Assembly (NCBI GenBank): GCA_946560065.1
Contig: CAMNUE010000013.1
Coordinates: 43,738-75,737 of the forward strand
DNA: 32,000 nucleotides
Direction of reading: 5' to 3'
From: an uncultured bacterium
GTDB lineage: Bacteria; Bacillota_I; Bacilli_A; RF39; UBA660
Position numbers and translations under genes: made by a program. This document shows positions 17,714 through 26,137 of the stretch, one piece after another. The notes beneath the pieces are model-generated. The model did not search any database. It saw nothing but the letters and a program-made list of their open reading frames with translations, and had not been told where the DNA came from. Numbering within the stretch: position 1 is the stretch's first letter; each line of letters begins with the position of its first letter.

Positions 17714-19063
17714 GTGGTGAATAGCAAAATGAATGAAGATAAAAAGGGAAAAAATAATTCTGAGTATTTAAATAATAGTAGTAATTTTGATTCTATTAAG
17801 GTTAACTTTTCATGGAAGAACAAAAATAGTAAAATGAAATTGAATCATAATGGTAAAATGGAAGAAATAGAAATACTTGATGATTTAGATGATGATTATT
17901 CTGATACGATCACTGATGATTCTTTTGATAAAGTTACTAATGCTTCTAATAAAAATGAAGATATAGAGAATTCTAAAGATGACAATTTTAAAATATCAGA
18001 TATTGTTGAAGAAGAGGATTCTAGAAAAAAGAAATCGTCATTAAATAAAATTTATATTAGTTTTGAAACTAGGGTTGGAGTGGCAATTTTCTTTATTTTT
18101 ATATTATTTCTTTGGGCATGTATATTGATATTGCAAGCAATGAATTTTGGTAAAAAAGAAGTAGTTACTTATAGTGAAACTAGTAAGATAGATTATTCAG
18201 TTTGTGTTACAGGTACTGATTATTATGCAAATACATGTTTAGATGATGGTATGGAATATGTTAGTATGATAACTGATAAGATAAAGGCTAATTTTAAGTA
18301 TAACGTAGATTTTTCTACTAACATAGATTATGATTTGTCTTATCATGTAGTAGCAGTTACTAGAATTTATGATGGTATTAATAGTAAAAAATTATTATAC
18401 GAAGATGAAGATCTTTTAATCAATAAAACAAAAATTACAGGTACAAATAGAAAAATAGATTTCAGTAAAAATGTGGACATTGATTTTAAAGAAAAAAATA
18501 ATTTTGTTACTAATTATAGAACTAATTTTTCACTTAATGCGTCAGCTTCTTTAGAAGTTATAATGTATTTAGATGAACCTAGTGAGACTAGAAAAGTTGC
18601 TTCTATTGTGATGCCTTTAGGAAACCAAACATTTGGTATTACTACTAATATTATAACTAATCAAGATAAAAGTGTTGAGATAGATAATAATATTTGGAAT
18701 GAATATAATATTACTTGTGCTATTATTGGTACTTTATTAATTATTGTTGCACTTTTAATATTATTTAGATTAACTAGAATGGTTTTAAGTGTTACTACTA
18801 AGAGAAGTGAGTATCAAAAGACTTTATCTAGAATTCTTAGAGATTATGATAGAATCATAGTAATTGCTAGAAATGGTTTTGTTACGACCCGTGAGAAGGC
18901 TGTTACAAAAGTTGATAGTTTTAATGAATTATTGGATGCAAGAAATGCTCTTAATAGGCCAATTGTCTACTCAAGAATTAACGATATAAAGAGTGAATTT
19001 ATTGTTGAAGATGATGATAGACTTTATAAGTATGTTATGAAGGAAGCAGATTTTTCAGATTAG
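17714..19063 (+). CDS. Two-TM membrane protein with an acidic N-terminus (hypothetical)
   Basis: It has a D/E/N/S-rich N-terminus, helix 1 VAIFFIFILFLWACILILQA, an extracytoplasmic segment of about 190 aa, helix 2 ITCAIIGTLLIIVALLILF, and a C-terminal domain of about 90 aa. The start is uncertain (GTG 17714 or ATG 17729). Confidence 0.65.
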   Translation: MVNSKMNEDKKGKNNSEYLNNSSNFDSIKVNFSWKNKNSKMKLNHNGKMEEIEILDDLDDDYSDTITDDSFDKVTNASNKNEDIENSKDDNFKISDIVEEEDSRKKKSSLNKIYISFETRVGVAIFFIFILFLWACILILQAMNFGKKEVVTYSETSKIDYSVCVTGTDYYANTCLDDGMEYVSMITDKIKANFKYNVDFSTNIDYDLSYHVVAVTRIYDGINSKKLLYEDEDLLINKTKITGTNRKIDFSKNVDIDFKEKNNFVTNYRTNFSLNASASLEVIMYLDEPSETRKVASIVMPLGNQTFGITTNIITNQDKSVEIDNNIWNEYNITCAIIGTLLIIVALLILFRLTRMVLSVTTKRSEYQKTLSRILRDYDRIIVIARNGFVTTREKAVTKVDSFNELLDARNALNRPIVYSRINDIKSEFIVEDDDRLYKYVMKEADFSD

Positions 19064-19072
19064 AGGAATGTT

Positions 19073-19201
19073 ATGAATAGTGTTAATTCTAAAAATATGT
19101 TTTTGATAATAATGCTTGTTGTTATTTTAGGGATAGTTGCATTATATGCGATTGTCTCTGGTGGTCCTGATTCCTTATATATGGATTTACCAATTAGATA
19201 A
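19073..19201 (+). CDS. Small (42 aa) single-TM protein, not in the supplied ORF track
   Basis: GAGGA (19063-19067) is 5 nt before the ATG. The product is MNSVNSKNMFLIIMLVVILGIVALYAIVSGGPDSLYMDLPIR. It starts 10 nt after the upstream stop and is followed by a terminator. Confidence 0.5.
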   Translation: MNSVNSKNMFLIIMLVVILGIVALYAIVSGGPDSLYMDLPIR

Positions 19202-19209
19202 TATTTTAG

Positions 19210-19243
19210 CTAGATAGTTTTGAATTATCTAGTGTTCTTTTTT
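19210..19243 (+). terminator. Rho-independent terminator (moderate)
   Basis: Stem ctagata/tatctag with a 9-nt loop, and a T-rich tail ending in T6 (19238-19243). Confidence 0.45.
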
Positions 19244-19258
19244 ATTTAGAAAAAAATG

Positions 19259-19287
19259 TTTACTTTTTCTTTGTTTTATGTTATGAT
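19259..19287 (+). promoter_or_regulatory. Sigma-A type promoter for rplS
   Basis: TTTACT (19259-19264), a 17-nt spacer, then TGtTATGAT (19279-19287). About 80 nt of leader precedes rplS. Confidence 0.5.
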
Positions 19288-19368
19288 TTAAGACGTCTAG
19301 TGGAATGATCCGCTTATCTTTTATGATTATGATCATTTGGGAAAAATAATTAGAGAGGAGAACTTAGA

Positions 19369-19713
19369 ATGAATATTATAGACAAAATTAATGCAAAACA
19401 AATTAATCCTAACGTTCCTGAATTCCGTGTTGGAGATACAGTTAGAGTTGACGTTAAGATTATCGAAGGTAAAAGAGAACGTATCCAAGCTTTTGAAGGT
19501 GTTGTAGTTGCTCGCCGTGGTGGATCAGTTAGCGAAACTTTTACAGTTCGTAAAATGTCTAGTGGTGTTGGAGTAGAGAGAACATTCCCTATGCATTCAC
19601 CTAAAGTTGCTGGTATTACAGTTGTACGTAGAGGTAAAGTTAGACGTGCTAAACTTACATTCCTTAGAGGTATGGTTGGCGGATACCGTATTAAAGAAAG
19701 AGGACAAAAATAA
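19369..19713 (+). CDS. rplS: 50S ribosomal protein L19
   Basis: '[36 protein letters not shown]...ETFTVRK' is canonical L19. RBS AGAGGAG. Confidence 0.98.
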   Translation: MNIIDKINAKQINPNVPEFRVGDTVRVDVKIIEGKRERIQAFEGVVVARRGGSVSETFTVRKMSSGVGVERTFPMHSPKVAGITVVRRGKVRRAKLTFLRGMVGGYRIKERGQK

Positions 19714-19739
19714 AAATAAGGCCAAGGCCTTATTTTTTG
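19714..19739 (+). terminator. Rho-independent terminator after rplS
   Basis: ataaggc-caag-gccttat followed by a T-run. Confidence 0.75.
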
Positions 19740-19753
19740 TTTAGGTGGTTGTT

Positions 19754-20266
19754 ATGGAAAGTACTAGCAAAGATAATTTTAAAAAGTTTTTTAAGGAATA
19801 TTTCCCTTATATAGGGATAATAGTGTTTGTTATTTTAATAAAACAATTTGTTATGTCGCCAATTATAGTTAATGGTGAAAGTATGATGAAAACGCTTCAT
19901 GACAAAGATGTTATGATACTTGATAGAATAAGTTACAGAGTGTCGGATATAGATAGATTTGATATTGTTGTTGTTGATGAAGGTAGCGAATATATTATTA
20001 AAAGGGTTATTGGTTTACCAGGTGAAGAAGTTTCATGTGAAGATGGTAAATTATTTGTTAATGGTAAAGAGATTAAAGATAGTTATGGTATTGGTTTAAC
20101 AGATGATTTTGTTTTCGAAGTACCTAAAGGTGAATATTTTGTTTTAGGTGATAATCGTGAAAATTCTATGGATAGTAGATATTTTGGCTCTTTTAAGAAA
20201 GAAGATATCTTAGGTAAAACAAAATTAGTTTTATTTCCATTAGATAGGTTTGGAGATAAGAAATAA
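19754..20266 (+). CDS. lepB: Signal peptidase I
   Basis: N-terminal TM helix, catalytic 'NGESMMKTL' (Ser), 'IKRVIGLPGE' (Lys box) and 'GDNRENSMDSRYFG'. AGGTGG precedes ATG 19754. Confidence 0.93.
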   Translation: MESTSKDNFKKFFKEYFPYIGIIVFVILIKQFVMSPIIVNGESMMKTLHDKDVMILDRISYRVSDIDRFDIVVVDEGSEYIIKRVIGLPGEEVSCEDGKLFVNGKEIKDSYGIGLTDDFVFEVPKGEYFVLGDNRENSMDSRYFGSFKKEDILGKTKLVLFPLDRFGDKK

Positions 20267-20267
20267 G

Positions 20268-20291
20268 AAGCGACTTTTTAAAGTCGTTTTT
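20268..20291 (+). terminator. Rho-independent terminator after lepB
   Basis: cgactt-ttta-aagtcg followed by T5. Confidence 0.6.
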
Positions 20292-20330
20292 ATGTTATAA
20301 TAAAATTATTATGGATGGAGTGATGTTTAA

Positions 20331-20804
20331 TTGAATTCTACTGAAGAAAAGATATTAAAAATATTTAATGATAATTATGATAAAAGAATTTGTGTTATTG
20401 GAACTACTTGTACAGGAAAAAGTACGATTATAAATAATACTGGTATGGGTGTTGATATGGATAGTGAGATATTTCCTTTACTAACAAAAGAAGAAACTGA
20501 TTATGTATGTAGTGATCCTTGGACAGAAGAAATCGGGAAGATGATGGATGAACTTGTTAGAAGCAGATTATCTATTAAGAAAGGTGTTCCAATGTTTGGT
20601 ACAGTTTTATTAGACTGTGATTTGATAGTATATTTACATATAACTGATGAGCTTTTAAAAAAAAGATGCGCTCTTAGAGAAGCTAATTTTATAAATGCTA
20701 AGAATATGCAAGAAAAGATTGTTGAAGAAATAAATGGTTCTGGTATAGATGTTATTACAGTAGAAGTAGTGGAAGATGAGAAAAAGATTGGAAGAATTAG
20801 ATGA
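20331..20804 (+). CDS. Small P-loop NTPase, nucleoside/nucleotide-kinase-like
   Basis: Walker A 'VIGTTCTGKST' is near the N-terminus of a 157-aa protein. It uses a TTG start 10 nt after GGAG, and its stop overlaps the next start (ATGA). Confidence 0.6.
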   Translation: MNSTEEKILKIFNDNYDKRICVIGTTCTGKSTIINNTGMGVDMDSEIFPLLTKEETDYVCSDPWTEEIGKMMDELVRSRLSIKKGVPMFGTVLLDCDLIVYLHITDELLKKRCALREANFINAKNMQEKIVEEINGSGIDVITVEVVEDEKKIGRIR

Positions 20805-21574
20805 AAGCAATAGATAATACAATTAAATATTATGAATTAATAATGAAATACGAGAATACTGATTATTATGATAGATATTTTTTACCAGATGGGTATCATT
20901 ATGAATTTTATAAAGATGGAGATATAGATGACTGGATTAATATTCATCTTGAGAGTGGAGAGTTTACTTCTGTTTCTAGAGGATATGAGATATTTCATGA
21001 TTTTTATGATAGTTTTATTGATGATTTAGATAAAAGATGTGTTTTTGTAGTAGACAATAAGAGTGGTGAAAAGATAGGTACAGCTACTGTCTCCCTTCTT
21101 AAGAAAGCAGAATATGATTGTTTTGCCGCGGTTGATTGGGTTGCGATTAAAAAGAATTATCAAGGTAAAGGATTAGCTCGTCCTTTAATTAGTGAAGTTC
21201 TAACTATAGCGAAGAAGAATTTACATAAGCAGATTATTTTACATACTCAGACAACTACTTGGTTGGCAGCAAAACTTTACTTAGATTTTGGTTTTATTCC
21301 AGTTAATTTAGAAGAAGTTGTTGGCTGGGGAATTTTGAAGGAACTTACTAATCATAAGTCTTTAAAAGATATTGAAGCAGTTTCTGAAATATATGACTTA
21401 CGAAATGTGGAGATAGAAAGACAATTATCTTTGATATATAGTAGTGAATTTCAATTTGAAGTATGGTATAGGAATGGTTTACATAATGTTTATGTTTACT
21501 CTAATGGTGTATCTGATGAATATGAATATTTTATTAATGGTAAACAGATAAGATTAGAAAAAGTTTATAAGTAA
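20801..21574 (+). CDS. GNAT-family N-acetyltransferase with extra N- and C-terminal regions
   Basis: Acetyl-CoA motif A 'WVAIKKNYQGKGLARPLISEVL' and 'AAKLYLDFGF'. Confidence 0.75.
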   Translation: MKAIDNTIKYYELIMKYENTDYYDRYFLPDGYHYEFYKDGDIDDWINIHLESGEFTSVSRGYEIFHDFYDSFIDDLDKRCVFVVDNKSGEKIGTATVSLLKKAEYDCFAAVDWVAIKKNYQGKGLARPLISEVLTIAKKNLHKQIILHTQTTTWLAAKLYLDFGFIPVNLEEVVGWGILKELTNHKSLKDIEAVSEIYDLRNVEIERQLSLIYSSEFQFEVWYRNGLHNVYVYSNGVSDEYEYFINGKQIRLEKVYK

Positions 21575-21594
21575 TACTTTAGGAGGTAGTTTAA

Positions 21595-22446
21595 ATGATT
21601 GATTTATTATACGAGAAAACAGAAGATGAGATAGAGCTTCAAGGAACATATTTTGATTCAAAGAAGAAAGATATTTGTGTTTTATTTGTACATGGACAGG
21701 CTCAGAGCATTCTTAATAATTCTTTTGCATATAAGTTAGGTAAATATTTAAGTAGTAGAGGAATTAGTTTTTTATATGGACATAATCGTGGTCATAACTA
21801 TATTAATTGTCTGCATAAGGGAGACGGAAGTTTACTTATAGAAGGGGCTACTTTTGAGATATTTGAAGATTCATTAAAAGATATTGATGTTTGGATGAGA
21901 AAAATTAAAGAATATGGTTATAAAAAGATTATATTGATGGGACATAGTTTAGGTTGTAATAAGGTACTTTATTATTTAAATAAGAGAGAAATGGTAGATG
22001 GATTAATTCTTGCGAGTGCTCCTGATATGGTGGGAATTACTAAGAAGGAAGAAAGTAATTTTTTAGAGATATTTAAAGAGGCAAAGGAAGCTGTTGAAAG
22101 TGGAGAATCGAGGAAGATACTTTCTAGCTTATTAGGAGAGACTGATTATATTAGTGCAGGTACTTTTCTTAGTGAAAGTCTAGAGGAATCTAATATCGAT
22201 AATTTTCCAATTGAAAGAAATCCAGTTGTTTTTGAACAATTATCTAAAATTAATATTCCAATATTGTCATTTGCAGGTAGTTTAGAATATCCTACTTATT
22301 TAAGGCAAGAACTTTTAAAGGAAAAAGCTATTAATTCAGAAGATTTTACTTATAAAGTTATTGATGGTGCAAATCATTTTTATTATGGTTGTGAAGATGA
22401 GTTAAATGAACTTTTATATAATTGGATTAAGAAATTTATGAATTAA
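21595..22446 (+). CDS. Alpha/beta-fold hydrolase
   Basis: 'VLFVHGQ' oxyanion region, nucleophile elbow 'GHSLGCN', and C-terminal 'GANHFY' (a His candidate). RBS AGGAGG. Confidence 0.75.
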   Translation: MIDLLYEKTEDEIELQGTYFDSKKKDICVLFVHGQAQSILNNSFAYKLGKYLSSRGISFLYGHNRGHNYINCLHKGDGSLLIEGATFEIFEDSLKDIDVWMRKIKEYGYKKIILMGHSLGCNKVLYYLNKREMVDGLILASAPDMVGITKKEESNFLEIFKEAKEAVESGESRKILSSLLGETDYISAGTFLSESLEESNIDNFPIERNPVVFEQLSKINIPILSFAGSLEYPTYLRQELLKEKAINSEDFTYKVIDGANHFYYGCEDELNELLYNWIKKFMN

Positions 22447-22472
22447 GATTTATATTTTTAGGGTGATTATAG

Positions 22473-23528
22473 ATGGTAAAGGATTTATGTTTTGAGATAA
22501 TTGAAAGATGTCCAAATAATTGTGTATTTTGTTCATCTAATTCATGTATCGATAAGAAAAACATTATTAAATTTGAAGACTTTAAGCGAGTTATTGACTA
22601 TTTTTTAAGTAGTGGAGGAATAGGAGAATTATCACTTTCTGGAGGAGAACCGTTTCTTCATCCTGATTTATTTCGAATGGTTGCTTATGCGAAAGGTAAG
22701 GGTATACGAACGGTTATTTTTACTAGTGGAGTGAAAATACGTGAGAAGTTAGATGAAGAAGTAGTTAAATACTATGAGAAGAAAAGGGAACAAGATATTT
22801 TGGAAATCTTAGAGCATGAACCTTGGAATAAGAGATTAATCAATAATATTAAGCATTATTATGATAATTTTCTACACCCAAGTAAGTTTTCAGAAATCAG
22901 CAAAAATGATTTTATAAGTTTGAAAGAGATGGGACTTGATAAGATTGTTTTCGATTATCAGGGGTATGAGGCAGAAACAGATCATTATTTGATGGGAAGA
23001 AGTGAAAGCAGTAGGCAGGCAGCCTTAGATTCAATGTTTAATGCTGCTGTAGTAGGATTGAACGTTGATGTACATTTTGTACCTATGAAACCTAATTATT
23101 TGGAAATATTAGATATATTAGAGATGCTTGAAATACCTGGAATTAAAAATATTAGTTTTTTAAATTTTGTTCCACAAGGAAGAGGATTACAAAATAAAGA
23201 AAAATTACAGTTAGATGAAGAAGAGAAACAAGAATTTTTTGAATTGTTAAAAAGAAGTAGTGAAGTTTATAGTGGGAATGATAGAAGAGGTATTCCTTTA
23301 CAAGGGGATACTACTCATAAATGTAATGCAGGACTTGAAAAATTAGATATAAAGTATGATGGTACTGTTTTACCATGTCCTGCTTTTAAGGAATTGTCTT
23401 TTGAAGAATGTCAAAAATATGGAATTAAACTATATAGTATATATGACGATTTAGAGAAGATTAGAATTCCTGGTAAGGGTACTAGAAGTGAACCTCTTTG
23501 TAATAAAGTTTATAGAAAAAATAAATAA
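22473..23528 (+). CDS. Radical SAM enzyme with a C-terminal SPASM/twitch-like Cys region
   Basis: CPNNCVFC (CX3CX2C, 22509-22532), 'LSLSGGEPFLHPD', and C-terminal 'CNAGLEKLDIKYDGTVLPCPAF'. Confidence 0.8.
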   Translation: MVKDLCFEIIERCPNNCVFCSSNSCIDKKNIIKFEDFKRVIDYFLSSGGIGELSLSGGEPFLHPDLFRMVAYAKGKGIRTVIFTSGVKIREKLDEEVVKYYEKKREQDILEILEHEPWNKRLINNIKHYYDNFLHPSKFSEISKNDFISLKEMGLDKIVFDYQGYEAETDHYLMGRSESSRQAALDSMFNAAVVGLNVDVHFVPMKPNYLEILDILEMLEIPGIKNISFLNFVPQGRGLQNKEKLQLDEEEKQEFFELLKRSSEVYSGNDRRGIPLQGDTTHKCNAGLEKLDIKYDGTVLPCPAFKELSFEECQKYGIKLYSIYDDLEKIRIPGKGTRSEPLCNKVYRKNK

Positions 23529-23584
23529 AATAAAATAAAAATATTTTTATTTACTTATAGTATAAATTGAAATGGGGAAGATAA

Positions 23585-24118
23585 ATGGAATTAAGGTTTG
23601 AAGAAGTTAATAGAGATAATTTAGAAATAGCTGTTAAAGTACAAAATGAAATATTTCCTTTGGAGAATGGTAGAGATAATTTTATCGAAGGAATCCAGAA
23701 TAATCCTTATCGTAAGGAAATGATTAATTTTATTACTTATACAGATGAAGAACCAGTTGGAGTAGTAGGTCTTTATTCTTATAATGAATATCCAAATGAT
23801 GCGTGGCTTAGTTGGTTTGGGGTATTGGATAAGTATCGAAATAGAGGTTATGGTTCTCTGATGTTTAATTTTTTCGAAGATTTGGCTAAGAAGAAGGGGT
23901 ATACTGCAGTCAGAGTTTATACATCAGCTGAATTTGAGGATGCGATTAAGTTGTATCAAAATAAAGGTATGATTAGTGAAAGATATAGTAATGAATTAGA
24001 GTGCTCAGAAATTAATGAAGAAACTATTATATTTTCAAAATCTTTAACTAATAAAAAGATAGATTTATGGAATAATAAGTTTTTGGAATTGACTGCTCAA
24101 ATTGAAAAGGAAAAGTAG
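23585..24118 (+). CDS. GNAT-family N-acetyltransferase
   Basis: 'FGVLDKYRNRGYGSLMF' (Q/RxxGxG/A motif) and 'AIKLYQNKGM'. Confidence 0.8.
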   Translation: MELRFEEVNRDNLEIAVKVQNEIFPLENGRDNFIEGIQNNPYRKEMINFITYTDEEPVGVVGLYSYNEYPNDAWLSWFGVLDKYRNRGYGSLMFNFFEDLAKKKGYTAVRVYTSAEFEDAIKLYQNKGMISERYSNELECSEINEETIIFSKSLTNKKIDLWNNKFLELTAQIEKEK

Positions 24119-24132
24119 AGTTGGTGATTTGA

Positions 24133-24873
24133 TTGAAGATAGTATCATGGAATATAAATGGTTACCGTAGTGCAGAGAAGAGTAATAGTTTAAGTGAACT
24201 TATTTCTTTGAATAATCCTGATATAATTTGTTTACAAGAGATAAAAATGAACGAGGAAATTTTAGAAAATTATGGGTATAATTGTTATTATAATTTTGCA
24301 GAAAAGCGAGGTTATAGTGGTGTTATGATTTTTACTAAGAGGAAGCCTTTGAATGTTATTTCAAAACTGGGATTAGATAGATTTGATGGTGAAGGTAGAT
24401 TTCTTTTATTAGAATATGAGAAGTTTATTGTTATTAATATTTATATACCTCATGGTGGTAGAAAGAAGGAAAATCATCCCTATAAGTTTGAGGCAATTAA
24501 TAAACTCTTGGAACTTATTAAAGGTCTAAAAAAAGATATTTTTATTTGTACTGATTTTAATATTGCGCATACTGAGAAAGATGTAAAAAATTATAAGACT
24601 AATTATCATAATAATATGTTTAGTTATGAAGAAAGGTCTAAAATAGATGAACTTTTGAGTTTAGGATTAGTTGATAGTTTTAGAGAGATTAATCAAAATG
24701 GAGATGTTTATTCTATGTGGCCGAATGGTTTTAATGCCAGAGAGCGAAATATGGGCTGGAGAATTGATTATATCTTTGTTTCTGAGGGATTGAAGGATAA
24801 TATTAAAGATGTAAATTATTTAAAAGAACAGTTTGGTTCTGACCATTGTCCATGTGCTTTGGATGTGTTATGA
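24133..24873 (+). CDS. xth: Exodeoxyribonuclease III / AP endonuclease family
   Basis: TTG start giving 'MKIVSWNINGYRSA', then 'ICLQEIK', 'DFNIAHTEKDV', 'WRIDYIFVS' and 'GSDHCP'. Confidence 0.9.
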   Translation: MKIVSWNINGYRSAEKSNSLSELISLNNPDIICLQEIKMNEEILENYGYNCYYNFAEKRGYSGVMIFTKRKPLNVISKLGLDRFDGEGRFLLLEYEKFIVINIYIPHGGRKKENHPYKFEAINKLLELIKGLKKDIFICTDFNIAHTEKDVKNYKTNYHNNMFSYEERSKIDELLSLGLVDSFREINQNGDVYSMWPNGFNARERNMGWRIDYIFVSEGLKDNIKDVNYLKEQFGSDHCPCALDVL

Positions 24874-24901
24874 TATTGGTGTGATAATTGGAGGAATATC
24901 T

Positions 24902-25381
24902 ATGATAGTAAATTATTCTGATGAAGAAGTAATAAAAGGAAAAAAGTCTATATTTCTAGCGGGACCAACCCCAAGGGGAGAAGGTGTTGTTTCCTGGAGA
25001 ACAGAAGCTTGTAGTATTTTAGAAAGAATTGGATTTGATGGAGTTGTTTTTGTTCCTGAATATTCAACTTGGAAGCCAAAGGAAGATTATGTTGATCAAG
25101 CAATGTGGGAGCGAGAAGCTTTAACAGATGCAATAGTTATTGTTTTTTGGATACCAAGAAAATTACCAGAAATGCCAGCTTTCACAACTAATGTTGAGTT
25201 CGGTTATTGGTTACGTAGTGGAAAAGTTATTTATGGTAGACCAGATGATGCGGCAAAAATTAAATATTTAGATTGGTTGTATAAATTAGATTATGAAAAG
25301 GAACCTTTTTCTAATTTAGAGAAGCTTTTAAAAGAAGCAATAGAGCTTTCAGACGAGCTGTTTAGTTTAAATAAAGATTAG
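24902..25381 (+). CDS. Nucleoside 2-deoxyribosyltransferase-like fold protein
   Basis: 'SIFLAGPTPR', 'VFVPE', 'WEREAL..AIVIVFWIPR' and 'FTTNVEFGYW' resemble the NDT-like (Nuc_deoxyri_tr2-type) family. GGAGGA (24890-24895) precedes ATG 24902, so I reject the ORF-track start at 24833 inside xth. Confidence 0.6.
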   Translation: MIVNYSDEEVIKGKKSIFLAGPTPRGEGVVSWRTEACSILERIGFDGVVFVPEYSTWKPKEDYVDQAMWEREALTDAIVIVFWIPRKLPEMPAFTTNVEFGYWLRSGKVIYGRPDDAAKIKYLDWLYKLDYEKEPFSNLEKLLKEAIELSDELFSLNKD

Positions 25382-25394
25382 TTATTAGAGAAAT

Positions 25395-26123
25395 GTGGCG
25401 ATAAATTTGTTTGATGAGTATTGTAATAAGATTAAAAAATTAAGTAGCTTTGAGAAAAATGATATTATGACTGAGGAGTTTGAATTAATAAGTTCCAATA
25501 ATATGAGGATATATTATGCTCCACATAATGAAATTGTTAATAGAGATGCTAAAGTATTTATAGTAGGAATTACACCTGGATGGACACAGACTAGTATTGC
25601 TTATAAAACCGCCTATGAAGGTTTGGTTAATAAATTAGATGATGAGTCTATAAAAAAGAAATGTAAGAGAAACTCTAGATTTGCAGGTAGTATGAGAAAG
25701 AATTTAATTGAGATGTTGGATTGTTTAAAATTAAATGAAAAGTTAAAACTTATTAGTTGCTCGGAGTTATTTGAAGATAAAGATTATTTACTACATACAA
25801 CATCAATGATTCCCTATCCAGTTTTTGTTAATGGAAAAAATTATACAGGTTCGAATCCTAAAATTTTAGACAATGTAATTCTTAGAGAATATTTGAAAAA
25901 GTATTTTTATAAAGAGGTAGAATTGTTAGCTGATGCTTTGATAATTCCTCTTGGAAAATCAGTAGAAGAAGTATTATAGTTAATGATAAGGGAGAAGTTA
26001 GTTAAAAGAAAACAGAGTTTGTTAGGATTTCCGCATCCTTCAGGAGCAAATGGACATAGGAAAAAGCAGTTTGAAGATAATAAAGAGAGTTTAATGAGAA
26101 TTGTGGATGATTATTTTAAGTAG
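25395..26123 (+). pseudogene. Uracil-DNA-glycosylase-superfamily gene interrupted by an in-frame TAG (25977-25979)
   Basis: The N-terminal part has 'VFIVGITPGW' (a UDG motif-A-like position). The same frame continues after the TAG for 47 codons and contains 'GFPHPSGANG' (motif-B-like HPS), with the final stop at TAG 26121-26123. Confidence 0.65.
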
Positions 26124-26137
26124 TTTAAGGAGATTAT

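Noticed and set aside
19288-19368. L19 (rplS) ribosomal-protein leader RNA
   Set aside because: A 7-bp stem can be drawn, but I cannot recall the covariance-model consensus well enough to call it. I left it as a check under the trmD-rplS finding rather than listing it as a feature.
24833-24901. Longer start for the NDT-like ORF, overlapping the end of xth by 41 nt
   Set aside because: The extension is hydrophobic and not conserved-looking. A strong GGAGGA RBS precedes the internal ATG 24902.
25977-25979. The in-frame TAG as programmed recoding, such as pyrrolysine or a reassigned stop
   Set aside because: TAG terminates several well-defined genes here (frr, trmD, the 4797-5327 ORF), and nothing in the window resembles pyl genes. 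A nonsense mutation or sequencing error is the simpler reading.
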